A DNA stretch of 64,000 bases, taken from Laetmonice hystrix. Its lineage: Eukaryota. Every line of letters begins with the position of its first letter. Position 1 is the stretch's first letter. The stretch is from the NCBI GenBank assembly GCA_965235115.1, contig OZ249436.1, positions 53,074,001-53,138,000 of the forward strand, written 5' to 3'. Under the pieces are notes generated by a model, which ran no database searches, was not told the DNA's origin, and saw only the letters and a program-made list of their open reading frames with translations. This document shows, piece by piece, positions 47,516 to 59,054 of the stretch. The position numbers and the translations under genes are program-made.

Positions 47516-49946
47516 AAGGATCAGGATCGGTACCTAGAGCTAGAGATCTAGGCCTAGGATACATGCGAGGAAAGAGTTCTCTCGCACTAAGTGCATTAAG
47601 AGACAAGATCGCATAGACGATTTTGTTTGTTGATCGATCTCCCCGTAATGACTAGATCAAGATCGAGTTCGAGATCGATGCCTTGGCTAGAGATCTACAT
47701 GCCAGGAAGATATCTCTCGCATCTAGACCATTGAGACGATATCGTGCAGGTGATATTTATTTATTTAATCCCCGAGGCAGCATCCAGACCGAGATCGGGA
47801 GCGTTCGCGATCGTCTGTACCTAGGAACGTCTCTTTCACGCGGGTCGTCGATCTCAGGATCGTTGCCCGGGTCAAGTTGGCCGTCGCACTAGACTTTGGG
47901 GTTTTCATAGGACAGCGTCGTCACCATGGTCTGGTCTAGATCTTGGGACCATGAGAGATGTCAATCAGTATAGGCCTAGGCTTACGCGAGCGATCGAGGA
48001 GTGCTCTGTCGGCCAGGCAGCGTAATCGCGCTCTCTCTTGTATGCTTGCAGGGTCTCGCAGCACCTTGAAGTCAAGTAAGCCTTGAAAATCTTTAAATTG
48101 GCTTTTTTGGAAAATCCTAAAATTTCCTGTTCTCTTTGTCCCCCGCCTGACACACATGAGGTTATTTAAACTGGCTTGGGGACCATGATGGCACGAGGTA
48201 GAGTCCTTGTAGCGCCATCTATGGCTGTGAGTAGTCTATGGAAACGGTGGTAAAGATCAGACTATCTGGAAAACTGCATGTTGATACAGTTTTTTAAATT
48301 GAGAGACAAAGAAAAACATGGTGACTCAAAAATTCCTTTTGAGTTAATCACATCGGATTAAGTAGAGTCCTATATGGTCTGTTATTTGTGGCGATTTGGC
48401 ATGGATTGGTTGCCAATATCTAGACGGTTACGGGCAGAGTTTCGGGGGGTGTAGAGGATCTACGCTCAGTTTGTCCAACTATGGATCTTTTCACGGATCC
48501 CTTCCCCTTGTACCCTACTTCGGTCGGACGTTTGGGGAGATCAACCCCCGTTAATCCGTTTTTTATGGCGGAATGTACTCTGCATTCGGACCTTCCTGGT
48601 AGGGGGTTCTAGGTTGGACCCAAGGGACCTTTCTCTTGGACTGAAGGAGCCTTCGACCTTTTCAGTTCCAAAGTGCCCTTTCTTTGCTCAGGCAAACCGT
48701 GTTCGCCTCGTCACGGCGGCGGCCATCTAGGCCGACCTTGGTTATAGTCGCCGGAGGCTATATCTTTCGGCGATAGGACTAGGGCGGCCCTGGCCTTATA
48801 CGTCACTCGGCATAGAGTTTGGTTTTTAATTCCTATCTACTCTATCCTGTTTCGCCGGGGTTCGACTCTAAGTCCTCAGTTTTGCATAGCCGTCTAGCGA
48901 TATAAGCCTGAGTTAGATCTGGACATTTTGGTTCGGAATTAAGCGTTCGCTTACAACGAAGCACACACAAGCGGTGAGCTTGCTTCATCAATTACCAGAT
49001 TCCTTGGACCCTGTCTGTTCTCAGGGAGTGATTGCGTCTGGAGTTTGTCGAGCCCTCCAGGTATGGCCCGTTCATCGGCTCACTCTCGCAGGGCCCTCCC
49101 TTTTTGTTTCCCTAAGTTCTAGCTAAAGAATAGGAGAGATCAGGAAACTTCGAGAGAAAGGTGCAGTCGTCACTTTGGGGTCGGTAGTGAGTCCGCCCCG
49201 GGAATTATTTTCCTTCAACCCGTAGGGGTTCTCGAGAAACGTGGGGTGTCTCAGTGTCTATAGGTAGATACGATAGACACGATAGACATCGAGGACACTT
49301 TCTTGCACTAGAAGTTTCTCAGTGTTCCAACGACAGTCCATGTTTCCAGTTGGTAGTTCTGCCGTTCGGTCCGAGTTTACCTAGCTGGCAACACAGTTGG
49401 GAAGCTGGACAGGTCGGAAGGGATGGAGCTTCATCCTTACATGGTGTGGCCCGTTCAGGCCACCCAGTTGCTCTCAGTTTTACCTCCCCTGGGATGGAGG
49501 ATAAACCTGGTGAAGTGTATAGGCCTGGAAGTTGCACCGACAAGCTATGTCTGCAGTTTATCGGAGTTTCTTTTTTGAACTCAGGACCGCTTGGCAAACT
49601 GCATGGGTGACTGATGCAGTTTGCGTTGTTGAGTGCGTGGCGCTCGAGCAGGGATTTCCTCGGCGGGTGCAGGGTTCTCCTTCCTCGGTCTCTGGCGCAG
49701 TTCCTCCAGTGGTGGATCGATCCACAGACTTTTCAGAGGGGTGTACTTTGGAATATCTAACCCCGGATGTTTCCCTTCTCCACAGATATCTCAGGGAGGT
49801 TTGGGAGCTATTTCCTAAATAGTTGGAGCGGGGTGTGGCACGGACACATATATGGTCTAGAATTAAAGGCAATTTTCCTAGGCTCTTCATCTGTTCGCCT
49901 GGCTCCCGACGTGATCAGTAGTCCTGATCCACCCCGACAGTACGAT

Positions 49947-50109
49947 CCCCGCTAGCAATATTACGTTGCTACAACGTTCCCATAACGCTACGTAAATTTG
50001 TTTGGTCTTCTATGTTGCCACAACGTTGTAGTTTCGTTAGACACAACGTTGTGAAGTGACCAAACTACAACTTTATTCAACGTTGTGAAAAGGTTGTGTG
50101 TTAATTGGG
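49947..50109. mobile_element. CCC...GGG-ended CACTA/EnSpm-type MITE in the DIRS RNase H
   Basis: CCCCGCTAGCA...TGTTAATTGGG termini, AT TSD, ACAACGTT subterminal repeats; excision restores the codons ACG ATG GCA. Confidence 0.8.
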
Positions 50110-50243
50110 ATGGCAGTGACCTATCTGTTAAATCAAAGGGACACTCGGTCACTGCTACTATTCCGGATAACCGGGGACATCCTCTGGTGGTGTCGCCAGC
50201 ACCGAGTGACGTTGTGCGTCATTCATGTGCAGGGCAAGTTTAA

Positions 50244-50491
50244 AGCCGGGGACACACAGGGGCGTGCGTGCGTGCGTGCGTGCGTCAAGAGGCGTGCGTC
50301 AAAATGGGCGACGCGCCTCGAAACGCGCCTGTCTGGGCCAGTCACGCGCGTCAAAAGTCGACGCGCGCGTCAGAAAAGGCTGACGCCTGCGTGATTAGCG
50401 ACCCACACAGGACGCGTGCATCACGAGGCGTGCATGAAAATGGCCGACGCGTCTCGAACGCGCCGCGAAACGCGCCTGTCTGGGCCAGTCA
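50244..50491. mobile_element. PIF/Harbinger-like MITE in the DIRS RNase H
   Basis: TAA TSD; imperfect TIRs AGCCGGGGACACACAGG / CCTGTCTGGGCCAGTCA; excision restores GGC AAG TTT AAT (GKFN). Confidence 0.75.
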
Positions 50492-50629
50492 TAATATGGG
50501 CCGGGTTGGCCTTGTTTCACAGAGATATCAGAATTGTTGCGGGATTGGGCTCGATCCCTGCCTTATGACCCCGATCTGTTGTTTTAGAGAGGGAAGTGGC
50601 ATTCAGCTCCGAAGATTTTCGATTTACAC

Positions 50630-51570
50630 CCCTCTGCTTGTCAGGAACAGAGGTGAGAAGCGTGGATTCTCGGGACAAGCGGCCCAGAGCATTGCCGAGA
50701 AACATAGGCCCTCCTCGCAAGCTGCGTATCGAGACAGCGGGCCTTCCTTATTGAATGGGCAGGGGAACATATGACTTTGATCTCACCGCCCCCTGTCAGT
50801 AGCCGATTGTCTGCTTGACAGGTTTCTTCGGGGGTTGTCGGTCTCCGCCGTGCGAGGAATCAGATCAGTGATTGCAGCAAATGCATCAGCACCAGGCGGA
50901 GGTTCCTTTAGCTCTTGACGGGAACTCAGTGCGCTATTACGCAATTTGATATTTCTTGAGCCCGTAAAGCCGAGGAAGGCCCCTTACTGGAGTTGGTCGG
51001 TGGTACTGAACGCATTGTTGCGTCCCCTCTTATTTATCTTATGTCTTCCGTACACCAAGTTGTACTTGAAAGACCATGTTCCTGTAGCATTAACCTCAGG
51101 GCTGAGGTGGTCGGAATTTACTGCCTTCGGGGGAGCGCGTTTTGGCCCCTGTTCCTCCATTGTGACCTTTGTTACCACACTCTGTGGCTAACAACCCGAC
51201 CCTGGCTCTGAGCTCCGAGCTCAGGCCGGATGATGAGGAGCGCCTGTAGAGCTGCCTGTTAGAGGGGGTGTCGTGTCTTTTGGTGAGTGCGTACCCCTCG
51301 ACATCACGCCGGCTACAATTGTGGAAGGTGGAAGGCTTTAGCTTATAGCCTTGACTCGGGCAGACGCGGCCTTGTCCAAGTCTTTACAGTTTCATCGTGT
51401 TAAGGTTCTTGAGGTGCGGGCGATTTCTGCGTCCTTGGCTCCTATTAATGGAGTAACCTTCGCCGAATTCCTCGAGGCTGCCTTTTGGCTATCAGACACC
51501 ACCTTTACAGTTCTATTGCGTGAACCTGGTGGTCAGGAGGATGCCCTTTTAGTCTGGGCCACCTCATAGT
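50630..51570 (+). pseudogene. DIRS tyrosine recombinase remnant
   Basis: RGFSGQAAQSIAEKHRPSS, APYWSWSVVLNALLRP, VALTSGLRWSEFTA, KVLEVRAISASLA..GVTFAEFLEAAFWLSDTTFT, split across frames with stops; the catalytic HxxR appears as LEVR. Confidence 0.85.
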
Positions 51571-51841
51571 GGTCCAGGCCGTTGTTTGTCCACGTCACTG
51601 CATGATGGAGAGCGTGGGACAAAAAGAAGGGGGGGGGGGGCAGATGTCATCTGTTCAGTCTTCCGGCCCTTGGTTTCCCTCACAAGGAGCAGGTATTACC
51701 TTCCCTACACACGTATAGCAGTTTTCAGGATTTAACTCTATAAACGTTCCCAGGTGAAAACAAGTGTAAGGGCCTACGCCTCAATGGGTATGGCTGTGGA
51801 GTGAATATTTCTGTCTTCCCACCTCCTATGCTTAGCACTCG

Positions 51842-51942
51842 CTCTCATATGTTATGAGGTAAGTAGAAGCGTATGTAATTAACCATAACAGTTTCGGAGG
51901 AAACTGATTGTTAATAAATACGCGATACTTACCTCATAACAT
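51842..51942 (+). other. DIRS internal complementary region (ICR)
   Basis: First half is the reverse complement of 42362-42403; second half is the reverse complement of 52165-52223. Confidence 0.92.
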
Positions 51943-53213
51943 TAAAGGCCCTTCCCGCCTCCCCGCTTAGTGGTCATTTAAATCTGACTACTAGGTCACA
52001 TGGACACTAGGGGGCGCACGATCCAGCGGATCTCCGCTAGAGGGAGCCATACACCGAATATGTTAGATAGACAGGAGTTCTGGTGGAACTCATTCTTGTT
52101 TCACTTAGAACACTTTTATTAAATTTTTTGACCATTGGGAATCGAGAAACTGTAAGTCTCTCATATGTTATGAGGTAAGTATCGCGTATTTATTAACAAT
52201 CAGTTTCCTCCGAAACTGTTATGTTTTGTTAATACTACCACTGTCTTAGGTGAGATCCATGAAGAGCAAATCCACGAAGTGCAGTTAAATAATGGTTTAT
52301 ACCTGTCTGATGTCTATGATACCCCGTATACACGTGTCTAGTTGTCTAAATCTCTGACATTGAAATATCAATGCCGCAGTATGTTCACACAGAACTGTGA
52401 GGCCCGTCAAACACACGTTTCCTTTTTGCTCTGATAATAAACTGCTCTACGAAAGAAAAGTCACACCTAATCATTTAAATCAGGTTGGATGTCCAAAAAG
52501 CCGTTTTTATAACAAGGTATTTTAAAATCCAATGTAGTTGCCTTTTTCTCACCAAATCATCAAGATAATGGACAAATTTGTTAGTATTCGCGAGGCGAAT
52601 GGCACACTTTGAACCCCGAGTAACCCATGACATTTTTCTGGGGGGGGGGGGGGGGGGAGGGTCCGGCAACCAACCTAAAATAGCGCACATGCCCAGAAAA
52701 TCGCTAATTTAACAGATTTGTTATATGTACATGTATTTATTTGTATGTAGGTAGGATACAAGTAGGCATAACAGAAAATACGGGACGCAGCCTACTTGTA
52801 TCGTCATTTTTTATAAAGTTTTGATTCCTGTCAGAGTACCCATCAAGATAATGGAAATGGTCAGTCTTCAGGCCATCATCTCTTCCCAGAGTAAACTCCG
52901 CAATGTCTAGTCACAGTTTCAACGAATGGCCATGAAAGTCTGTCTCGTGAGTTCAAAAAACGTCGCCTAAAGTAGGACTTTACAAAAAGTTATGTAATGT
53001 CGCAGACTTATATAAATTTGAAATTGAAGTTTATAGTATTACATATTACGACGGACGTAATGTCAAGAGAAACTTTAGTTACATAATATAAAAGGATGAC
53101 CGACATTAAAGAACATCAATATCATGACTTGACTTTCTGCCGAGTGAAGCCTGACGGGGTGGCCTGCAGATCTGTTCACTGGAATCGGGTACTGTCAACG
53201 TCAGCAAAGAACA

Positions 53214-54283
53214 TACCATATGTACAAGTACATGTATAGTGAAGGAATCTGCAGGCCCTACCATATGTGTACATGTATAGTGAAGGAATCTGCAGGCCGT
53301 ACCATATATGTACATGTATAGTGAAGGAATCTGCAGGCCGTACCATATACATGTATGTACATTTATAGTGAAGGAATCTGCAGGCCGTACCATATATCGG
53401 GTGGATAAAAAAAAACGCCCCGAACTTTAAACTTTAATATCTCAAAAACTATGCATTATAATTCAATAAAATTTCTCTTAGTATCACTTTATGATATTAT
53501 CTCTGGTATGTTAAAGTCTCAGGTCAATAGCCTTGATATTAATTCCGTGGCGCTAAAAACAAAAATCAGTGTCTAAAAACGCAATGCCGGAATTAGGTCA
53601 AATATCATGCAGCTGCCAGGTGTTCAATTTGACAACTGTTTGATGCACCGCATTGTACCTTGGGTAAAAAAAATCAATATTTAGTTTTTGCATGTTTTAC
53701 AATATGTATAATGTTGTGGACCACTAGATATAATAAAATAATTATGTGCTATTCCTAGTACTTTTAGAGAAAACAGATGTTTAATGTGCCAAACCCTACA
53801 GAGAAACTGCAACATTAGGACGATATGACTGTAACCAGAAGTTCAAGGGAAATCGTATCATTATCACGTTTAGCAACACGTTCAGAACGTTGCGTATTTC
53901 CCAATGTTGGGAAGATATTTCCCTATCAGAGATCGGGAAGTGCACTGGCTCATGGAAAAAGAGACTGAGAGCAGTATGAAGTGAAAACAGGGGACCGATT
54001 GACCACCTACTCTAGTGTGAGGCCAGGCACTCTGGGTGCGACTACAACTCACTTTAGGCCGGCATTGAGATTTTGTACAATGATTTTTGTTTTTAGCCCC
54101 ACGGAAAGATTATCCAAGCTAATGAGTTGTAACGTTAACAACTAAGAGATAACATCATGAAGTGATACTAAGAAAAATTTCATTGAATTACAATCAATAC
54201 TTTTTGAGATATTGAAGTTTAAAGTTCGGGGCGTTTTTTTTTATCCACCCGATATGTACAAGTATAGTGAAGGAATCTGCAGG
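53214..54283. repeat. 41-bp minisatellite (about 5 copies) interrupted by the mariner-type element
   Basis: Unit CATATATGTACATGTATAGTGAAGGAATCTGCAGGCCGTAC; GAAGG at 53241, 53282, 53323, 53370 and again at 54269. Confidence 0.9.
53397..54252. mobile_element. Tc1/mariner-type non-autonomous element, copy 2
   Basis: Same family and orientation as 22851-23710; TA TSD supported by the interrupted 41-bp minisatellite unit. Confidence 0.9.
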
Positions 54284-54498
54284 TCACTTCTAACGACTCA
54301 CTCCCTAGAAGGGGGCGGGGCAGAGGGAGGGCCGTGCCTCTTAGAAAGGTATCAATAACACTCTTACTGTTAGACCCTTGCCCCCACCCCCACGGCATCT
54401 CAGTGCTCAAAGTACAAAGTCGCGTATATATAATATGCATAAATACAGTTTACAGTTAGCGAAGCCACCGACTGCAATCAAGTCGACCTCTGTGCCGG

Positions 54499-54831
54499 TG
54501 TCGCGGTCTCAGATCTCCGTGGTCTCAGATCTCCGGGAGGTTAGTAGAGCTGCATCGCCGTGTGTTCTAGTCTAACTATCCGAAATATCAGCTCTCAGTT
54601 GAGTCACACGTAATAACTCTCATTTCCTCTACGATACTTGGTTTACAGTTTACCTATCGAGACTGTCCTTTAGTCTTGTTTGGAAGAAAACTCCACTGCC
54701 CATCAGCTAGCAGACGACCGGAGGTGTGAGCCTAAACAGCGACTAGCGCGTGCTAGTCAGATTCAGCATCTAAACAATAGGAAACCATGCCCCCGGAGTT
54801 CTGAGACCAACGGAGATCTGAGACCGCGACA
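54499..54831. mobile_element. Ginger1-like MITE
   Basis: CCGG|TGTCGCGGTCTCAGATCTCCGT...ACGGAGATCTGAGACCGCGACA|CCGG: TGT..ACA termini with 4-bp CCGG TSD. Confidence 0.75.
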
Positions 54832-55961
54832 CCGGGACATCAGACACACAGGTAGTTTCATTAGGTTGGAAACAGAAAACTTGAGTGGTTCCGACGGAAT
54901 CGTCCGTACACGTCTGAGCTCTACAAGACTGCCTAGTCGGTGGAGCCGGGCTTTAAACATACCATTTATTGTCATTCTCTTTACATAGCAAAAGGTCAAA
55001 GCTTTAATTTCCAAGTACATGTACGGTACATGCATCGAGTGTTTCAAATCTTGTGCGACCAGATCTTTGAAAGAGCAGAGCTTGTCCTAGATTACTGCTG
55101 CAGAACGTGGTAGGTTTGGGATGTTATTCACTATCTGATATGTAAATGTACATATTTCAAATGGAATAAAAAAATATAGAAACCAATAGCAATTATTCTT
55201 TTTGTTTAATTTAACTCGTTTACAACACAAATTTGTATTTAAAAACGCACACACAACCCTGATTGATCAAATGAAATTTTAGTACAGCAACAAACGTGTG
55301 TGTATTTTAAGATATATTTAGTTTAAGGGTCATTTAAGGGATGTAATAAACGATGTAGAAATGACAGTACAAGGTTTGATTAAATAAAAGGTCCAATTCA
55401 TTTATTTATTGTTTCTAAATACAGATTCTATTTACCACCAATGTAAATGCAACAGATGGAATCTTTGATCATCAATGCACAGATTTGAGTCCTCTAGTAC
55501 ACTTCGAATGACATGTAATGGCCATAACACAGTCACTATGCCAATATTACATCAGAAACAGCAGGAACATCAGTTCAATCATTTAGGTGGGTGGAAAAAG
55601 AAAAAATATATAAGCTTAAAATCTTATAGTTAAGCTCGTCTAGTAAGGAGAATACAAAAGAACATCAGCTTAACTTCCTGCAAGATTTATGAACGTGCAG
55701 TATTTATTATTTGGTATGGACTAGTATAAGGCATCAAATATGCATAGAATATTCCTTGCTTGGAGTACAATCCAAGACCTGTTCTAATCACAGCAACGTT
55801 TATAGCAATCTCCATTCAACCTAGCATAGTCTCAAACACTTTTGTTCATGGTCACACATACCAATCCTTTAAATGCATATTTACCAAAGTGTTTATTTAA
55901 CACTACATGCATGTCTGATGTAGAGGAGGTCACCAGGACCATGACTTTCCATGAAAACTGT

Positions 55962-57833
55962 TTATTCTTCACTGTTGGTGCATGCATTGCTGAGTAGAAG
56001 GTCTACATGGTCAAGATACTTTTTACCAACTACAAGTAATGCTACTCCAGAACCGATTCCGAATAGGCACCGAAGTGTATTGCATTTTGGCAGGATGGCT
56101 TTAGATGTTGCCCAGAAGAGGACTGCCCCGAAGTTAAAGATCACCGATCCATAGACACTATACAGGATCCTACTGCTCGATGGTGCTGCACGCAAGTGTT
56201 GCTTGTTGAAGAGGTAGAGACCTGCACCCAAGTGTGCGTTGAACCAGAGGCAATTAGCCACCACTGCTTCATTTGGGGAGAAGTAACTGAAATTTCATAC
56301 AAAAAACATTCATGATTTAGTTGGCGTTTTTACATAAAAGTCATTTTCTGCACCTCGGGCTCGAGTCATGGAAATTACAGGGATTTATTTTTTCGATTCT
56401 AGGGATTCATTATGAAGGAAACTATGACTCTGAGACCAACAGTAACAATACTGGGTAGTACTTGGGTCTTCCAGTCAAACAGTAATACAGAATCTGTTTG
56501 AATTTGAAATGTTATGTTTTGACCTTTTTATTTTGCACAGAATGATCCCTCCACTTCTGGTACGCATGCACACTTATTGCAGTTATTGCTGGAAAGCGTT
56601 CACTGGACACTATTCTGCCATGATTATGGTCAGTCAGGGAGGGGGGGGGGCGGGGGCTCAGTCGAGGTTTAGGTGGGGCTTTTCTCAAAACAGGCCAGGC
56701 ATGCCCAGAATCAAAGCAGGTAGTCGTCAATTGTGGTCCAGGTAAATCCAGGTAAGGTAGGCACCTGGGGCAGAGTCTATTTGACCATGTCCTAATCTAA
56801 TAAAAGTATCAGTAATTTCCTAGCCTCATTCAGAAACATTTTTCTCTAGAAAAACTTTAACCTGAAACAAGGGCAGGATGCATACAACTTTAGACTAATA
56901 TTAGGTAATAAAATCCCAGGGCATTTGACACATTTTCCAGGACATTTATTTTAATTTAGCAGTAAAAATCTTTGTTAGCTGTCATATTATTTTAGGCCAC
57001 TTAAAATTAATAAATTGTTTTACATGATTCCAACTTCTGAAATGTTGGTGAGTAGGGCATTTTATATTTTATATTTTATATTTTTCCTCGACAAGGAGAA
57101 GGACAGCAGAGATCACCAATACCGGAAAAATACTTTTAATTTCTCAATATCTCAACATTTTGTACAGCCCTTCTATACCTTGAGGGTCACTTTAACTGTA
57201 ACACCCTGACAGAACTGTGGGAGACTAGGTTTAACGGTTTTGGGGATAAAAAAAACGGACTTTTTGAAAAATATAAAATATAAAAAATATCGAGGCGGCG
57301 CCAAAAAATTGAGGCGGCCGGCCATGTAAAACAATTTATTAATTTTAAGTGGCCTTATTAGATTCTGCCCAAACAAAAAATACCAGCAGCATGTCTGTTA
57401 TCATTACAGCAATCATTACATTAGTTGATTAGCATTAGGCCTAATCTGTGAAGTGAAGAGATTTCATGGGGGGGGGGGGGGGGCACCTATCCACTCACAA
57501 CCAGACATGCAGTGGAGTTTGCTGTTTTCATCCGTCATTGACCATGTTGACTTGTTGGCCTTGCTTGTGTACTACATGTACACAACAAATGTATACACTG
57601 CGAGTTGTGCTGTGCTTCAGCACGATCCTTGACCTTGCTGACTGGCACTGCCACTGCCACTGGCTGGTTTTTACTGTGGCCAGTGCCAGGGCCAGTATCA
57701 TGATTGGTTCTCAGAAGAATTGCGTATATACTCACCTTTTAAACAAATTTGGATTCATGATATTCGTAGAAAACATTAGTGTGCTGACCGCACCACCAAC
57801 TGGAATATAGCGGAAACATACGTCCTTCGCCAT
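55962..57833 (-). CDS. Two-exon 140-aa small multi-pass membrane protein of unknown function
   Basis: Exon 57833-57736 MAKDVCFRYIPVGGAVSTLMFSTNIMNPNLFK (AG|gtgagt) joins exon 56286-55962 (atttcag|) (S)YFSPNEAVVANCLWFNAHLGAGLYLF...YSVYGSVIFNFGAVLFWATSK...YLDHVD...stop. Total 423 nt in phase, with about four hydrophobic segments. Confidence 0.85.
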
Positions 57834-58357
57834 TTGACTACACTCTGCTTCACGCTGCTGCTGTGTGGGGGCGGCCATGATGAATACAGCGACCGTAGCG
57901 CCATGCGGTGGTAGGCCGGCCTGCCCGCGTAAACTTCCCAGCAGAGGGCACTGCCGTCAGCGATGAGTTCCCGGCTCTCTCGTTAGGTGGCTCTGTGGTC
58001 GACCCCTGACTGGTCCCCTGCTTCCCAGGAGTTAAGCAGGGAACCAGTCAGTGGTCGACCACAGAGCCACCTAGCGAGGGAGCCGGAAACCAGCTTACAG
58101 CTGGCGCCACCTGGTGAGTATGCAGTGAAATAGCCTAAACGTGAATCGGAAGGGGAACCTGCAGATCCGGAACGAGTTCGTGACGTCATTTCCCATGTAG
58201 AAGGAGGTCTTTTATTGTGCTGCTTGTAGGGTTAGGCCTAGTGAATCTAGGAAACGATTGAAACGAATTCTGGTGGGCGTCCACTGACAGAGGAACCATT
58301 CCAACCCATTTTAATGGATCTCTGACCGTTGAAGTGGCCTAACAAACCCAGGGAGCC
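57834..58357. promoter_or_regulatory. Bidirectional promoter / 5' leader region between the head-to-head membrane-protein and tetraspanin genes
   Basis: 524 bp between divergent ATGs; CpG-rich; perfect CRE TGACGTCA at 58181; CCGGAA Ets-like cores; candidate non-coding leader-exon donor CTG|gtgagt at 58113. Confidence 0.7.
57967..58090. other. 124-bp hairpin (57-bp arms, 10-nt loop) in the bidirectional promoter
   Basis: 57967-58023 vs reverse complement of 58034-58090: 52/57 identical. Confidence 0.9.
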
Positions 58358-58444
58358 ATGGCGCGGAAGACAGTTCGGAGGGAGCGGACAGAAGTCAGCT
58401 GTGTGATCAAATATCTTGTGTTCGGCTTCAATGTTGCCTTCTGG
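58358..58444 (+). CDS. Tetraspanin (TspanC8 subgroup, TSPAN5/17/33-like), first coding exon; remaining exons not found in the window
   Basis: gccATGG start; MARKTVRRERTEVSCVIKYLVFGFNVAFW|gtgagt matches the EVSCCxKYxxFGFNxxFW TM1 signature and the conserved phase-0 intron after FW. Confidence 0.88.
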
Positions 58445-59054
58445 GTGAGTTGAACTTGATGTTGGTGTTTTCCTACTTCTGTTCTGTTGTTGATTAACCT
58501 AGGCCTGGCCAGTCCGACGAGCTCCACCTCTCAGTCTCACCGTAGCCGTAGATCACGGAGTAGACAGAGGAACCAGAAAGAGAGCTGGCAGTCAAAGTAC
58601 CACCAAACCCCATGACATGAGTCAAAGTGGTACCACCCTCTAATATAAATATGCAGGGTTTCCTGCAGCCGTGCAGGCCCGTTTTTTTTTGGGGGGGGGG
58701 GGGAGAAACTCTCCCCCCCCTCCATTATTCAGCTACTCCCCCCCCCCCCAAAAAAAAAAGAATTTCCAGGGGGAAATATTTTGCATTACTCTTCCCCCCC
58801 CCAAACTTGCACCATTCCCCCCCCCCAAAAAAAAGTCGAAAATCTCCAGGAAACCCTGAATATGTGAGGGTATTATGGCTCTATGCGAGGGTGGTAAACT
58901 GGAAGGTGTCAGGTGAACACTGAACACGTCCCCATCCAAAGACGTCCCAAAGTGAAAATGTCCCCAAGGTGAAACGTCCCAATTTGCCTATGTATTGTGC
59001 CTATATATCACTTACTGACTTAGACTCTATTTGTGAATGGTTTGTTACATGTTA

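Larger units (their letters stand above)
49000..50510 (+). pseudogene. DIRS reverse transcriptase / RNase H remnant
   Basis: Frameshifted motifs CFQLVVLPFG, GWRINLVK, HIYGLELKAIFLG. After removing the two nested MITEs, VLIHPDSTMAVTYLLNQRDTRS...WCRQHRVTLCVIHVQGKFN is restored. Boundaries approximate. Confidence 0.8.
42362..52225 (+). mobile_element. DIRS1-like tyrosine-recombinase retrotransposon, non-autonomous/decayed, with nested insertions
   Basis: Inverted terminal repeats 42380-42593 / 51969-52181 (about 215 bp, one indel by eye). Internal complementary region 51842-51942 matches the left tip and the right-end extension. GTT at both ends. Decayed RT, RNase H and YR motifs inside. Confidence 0.95.
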
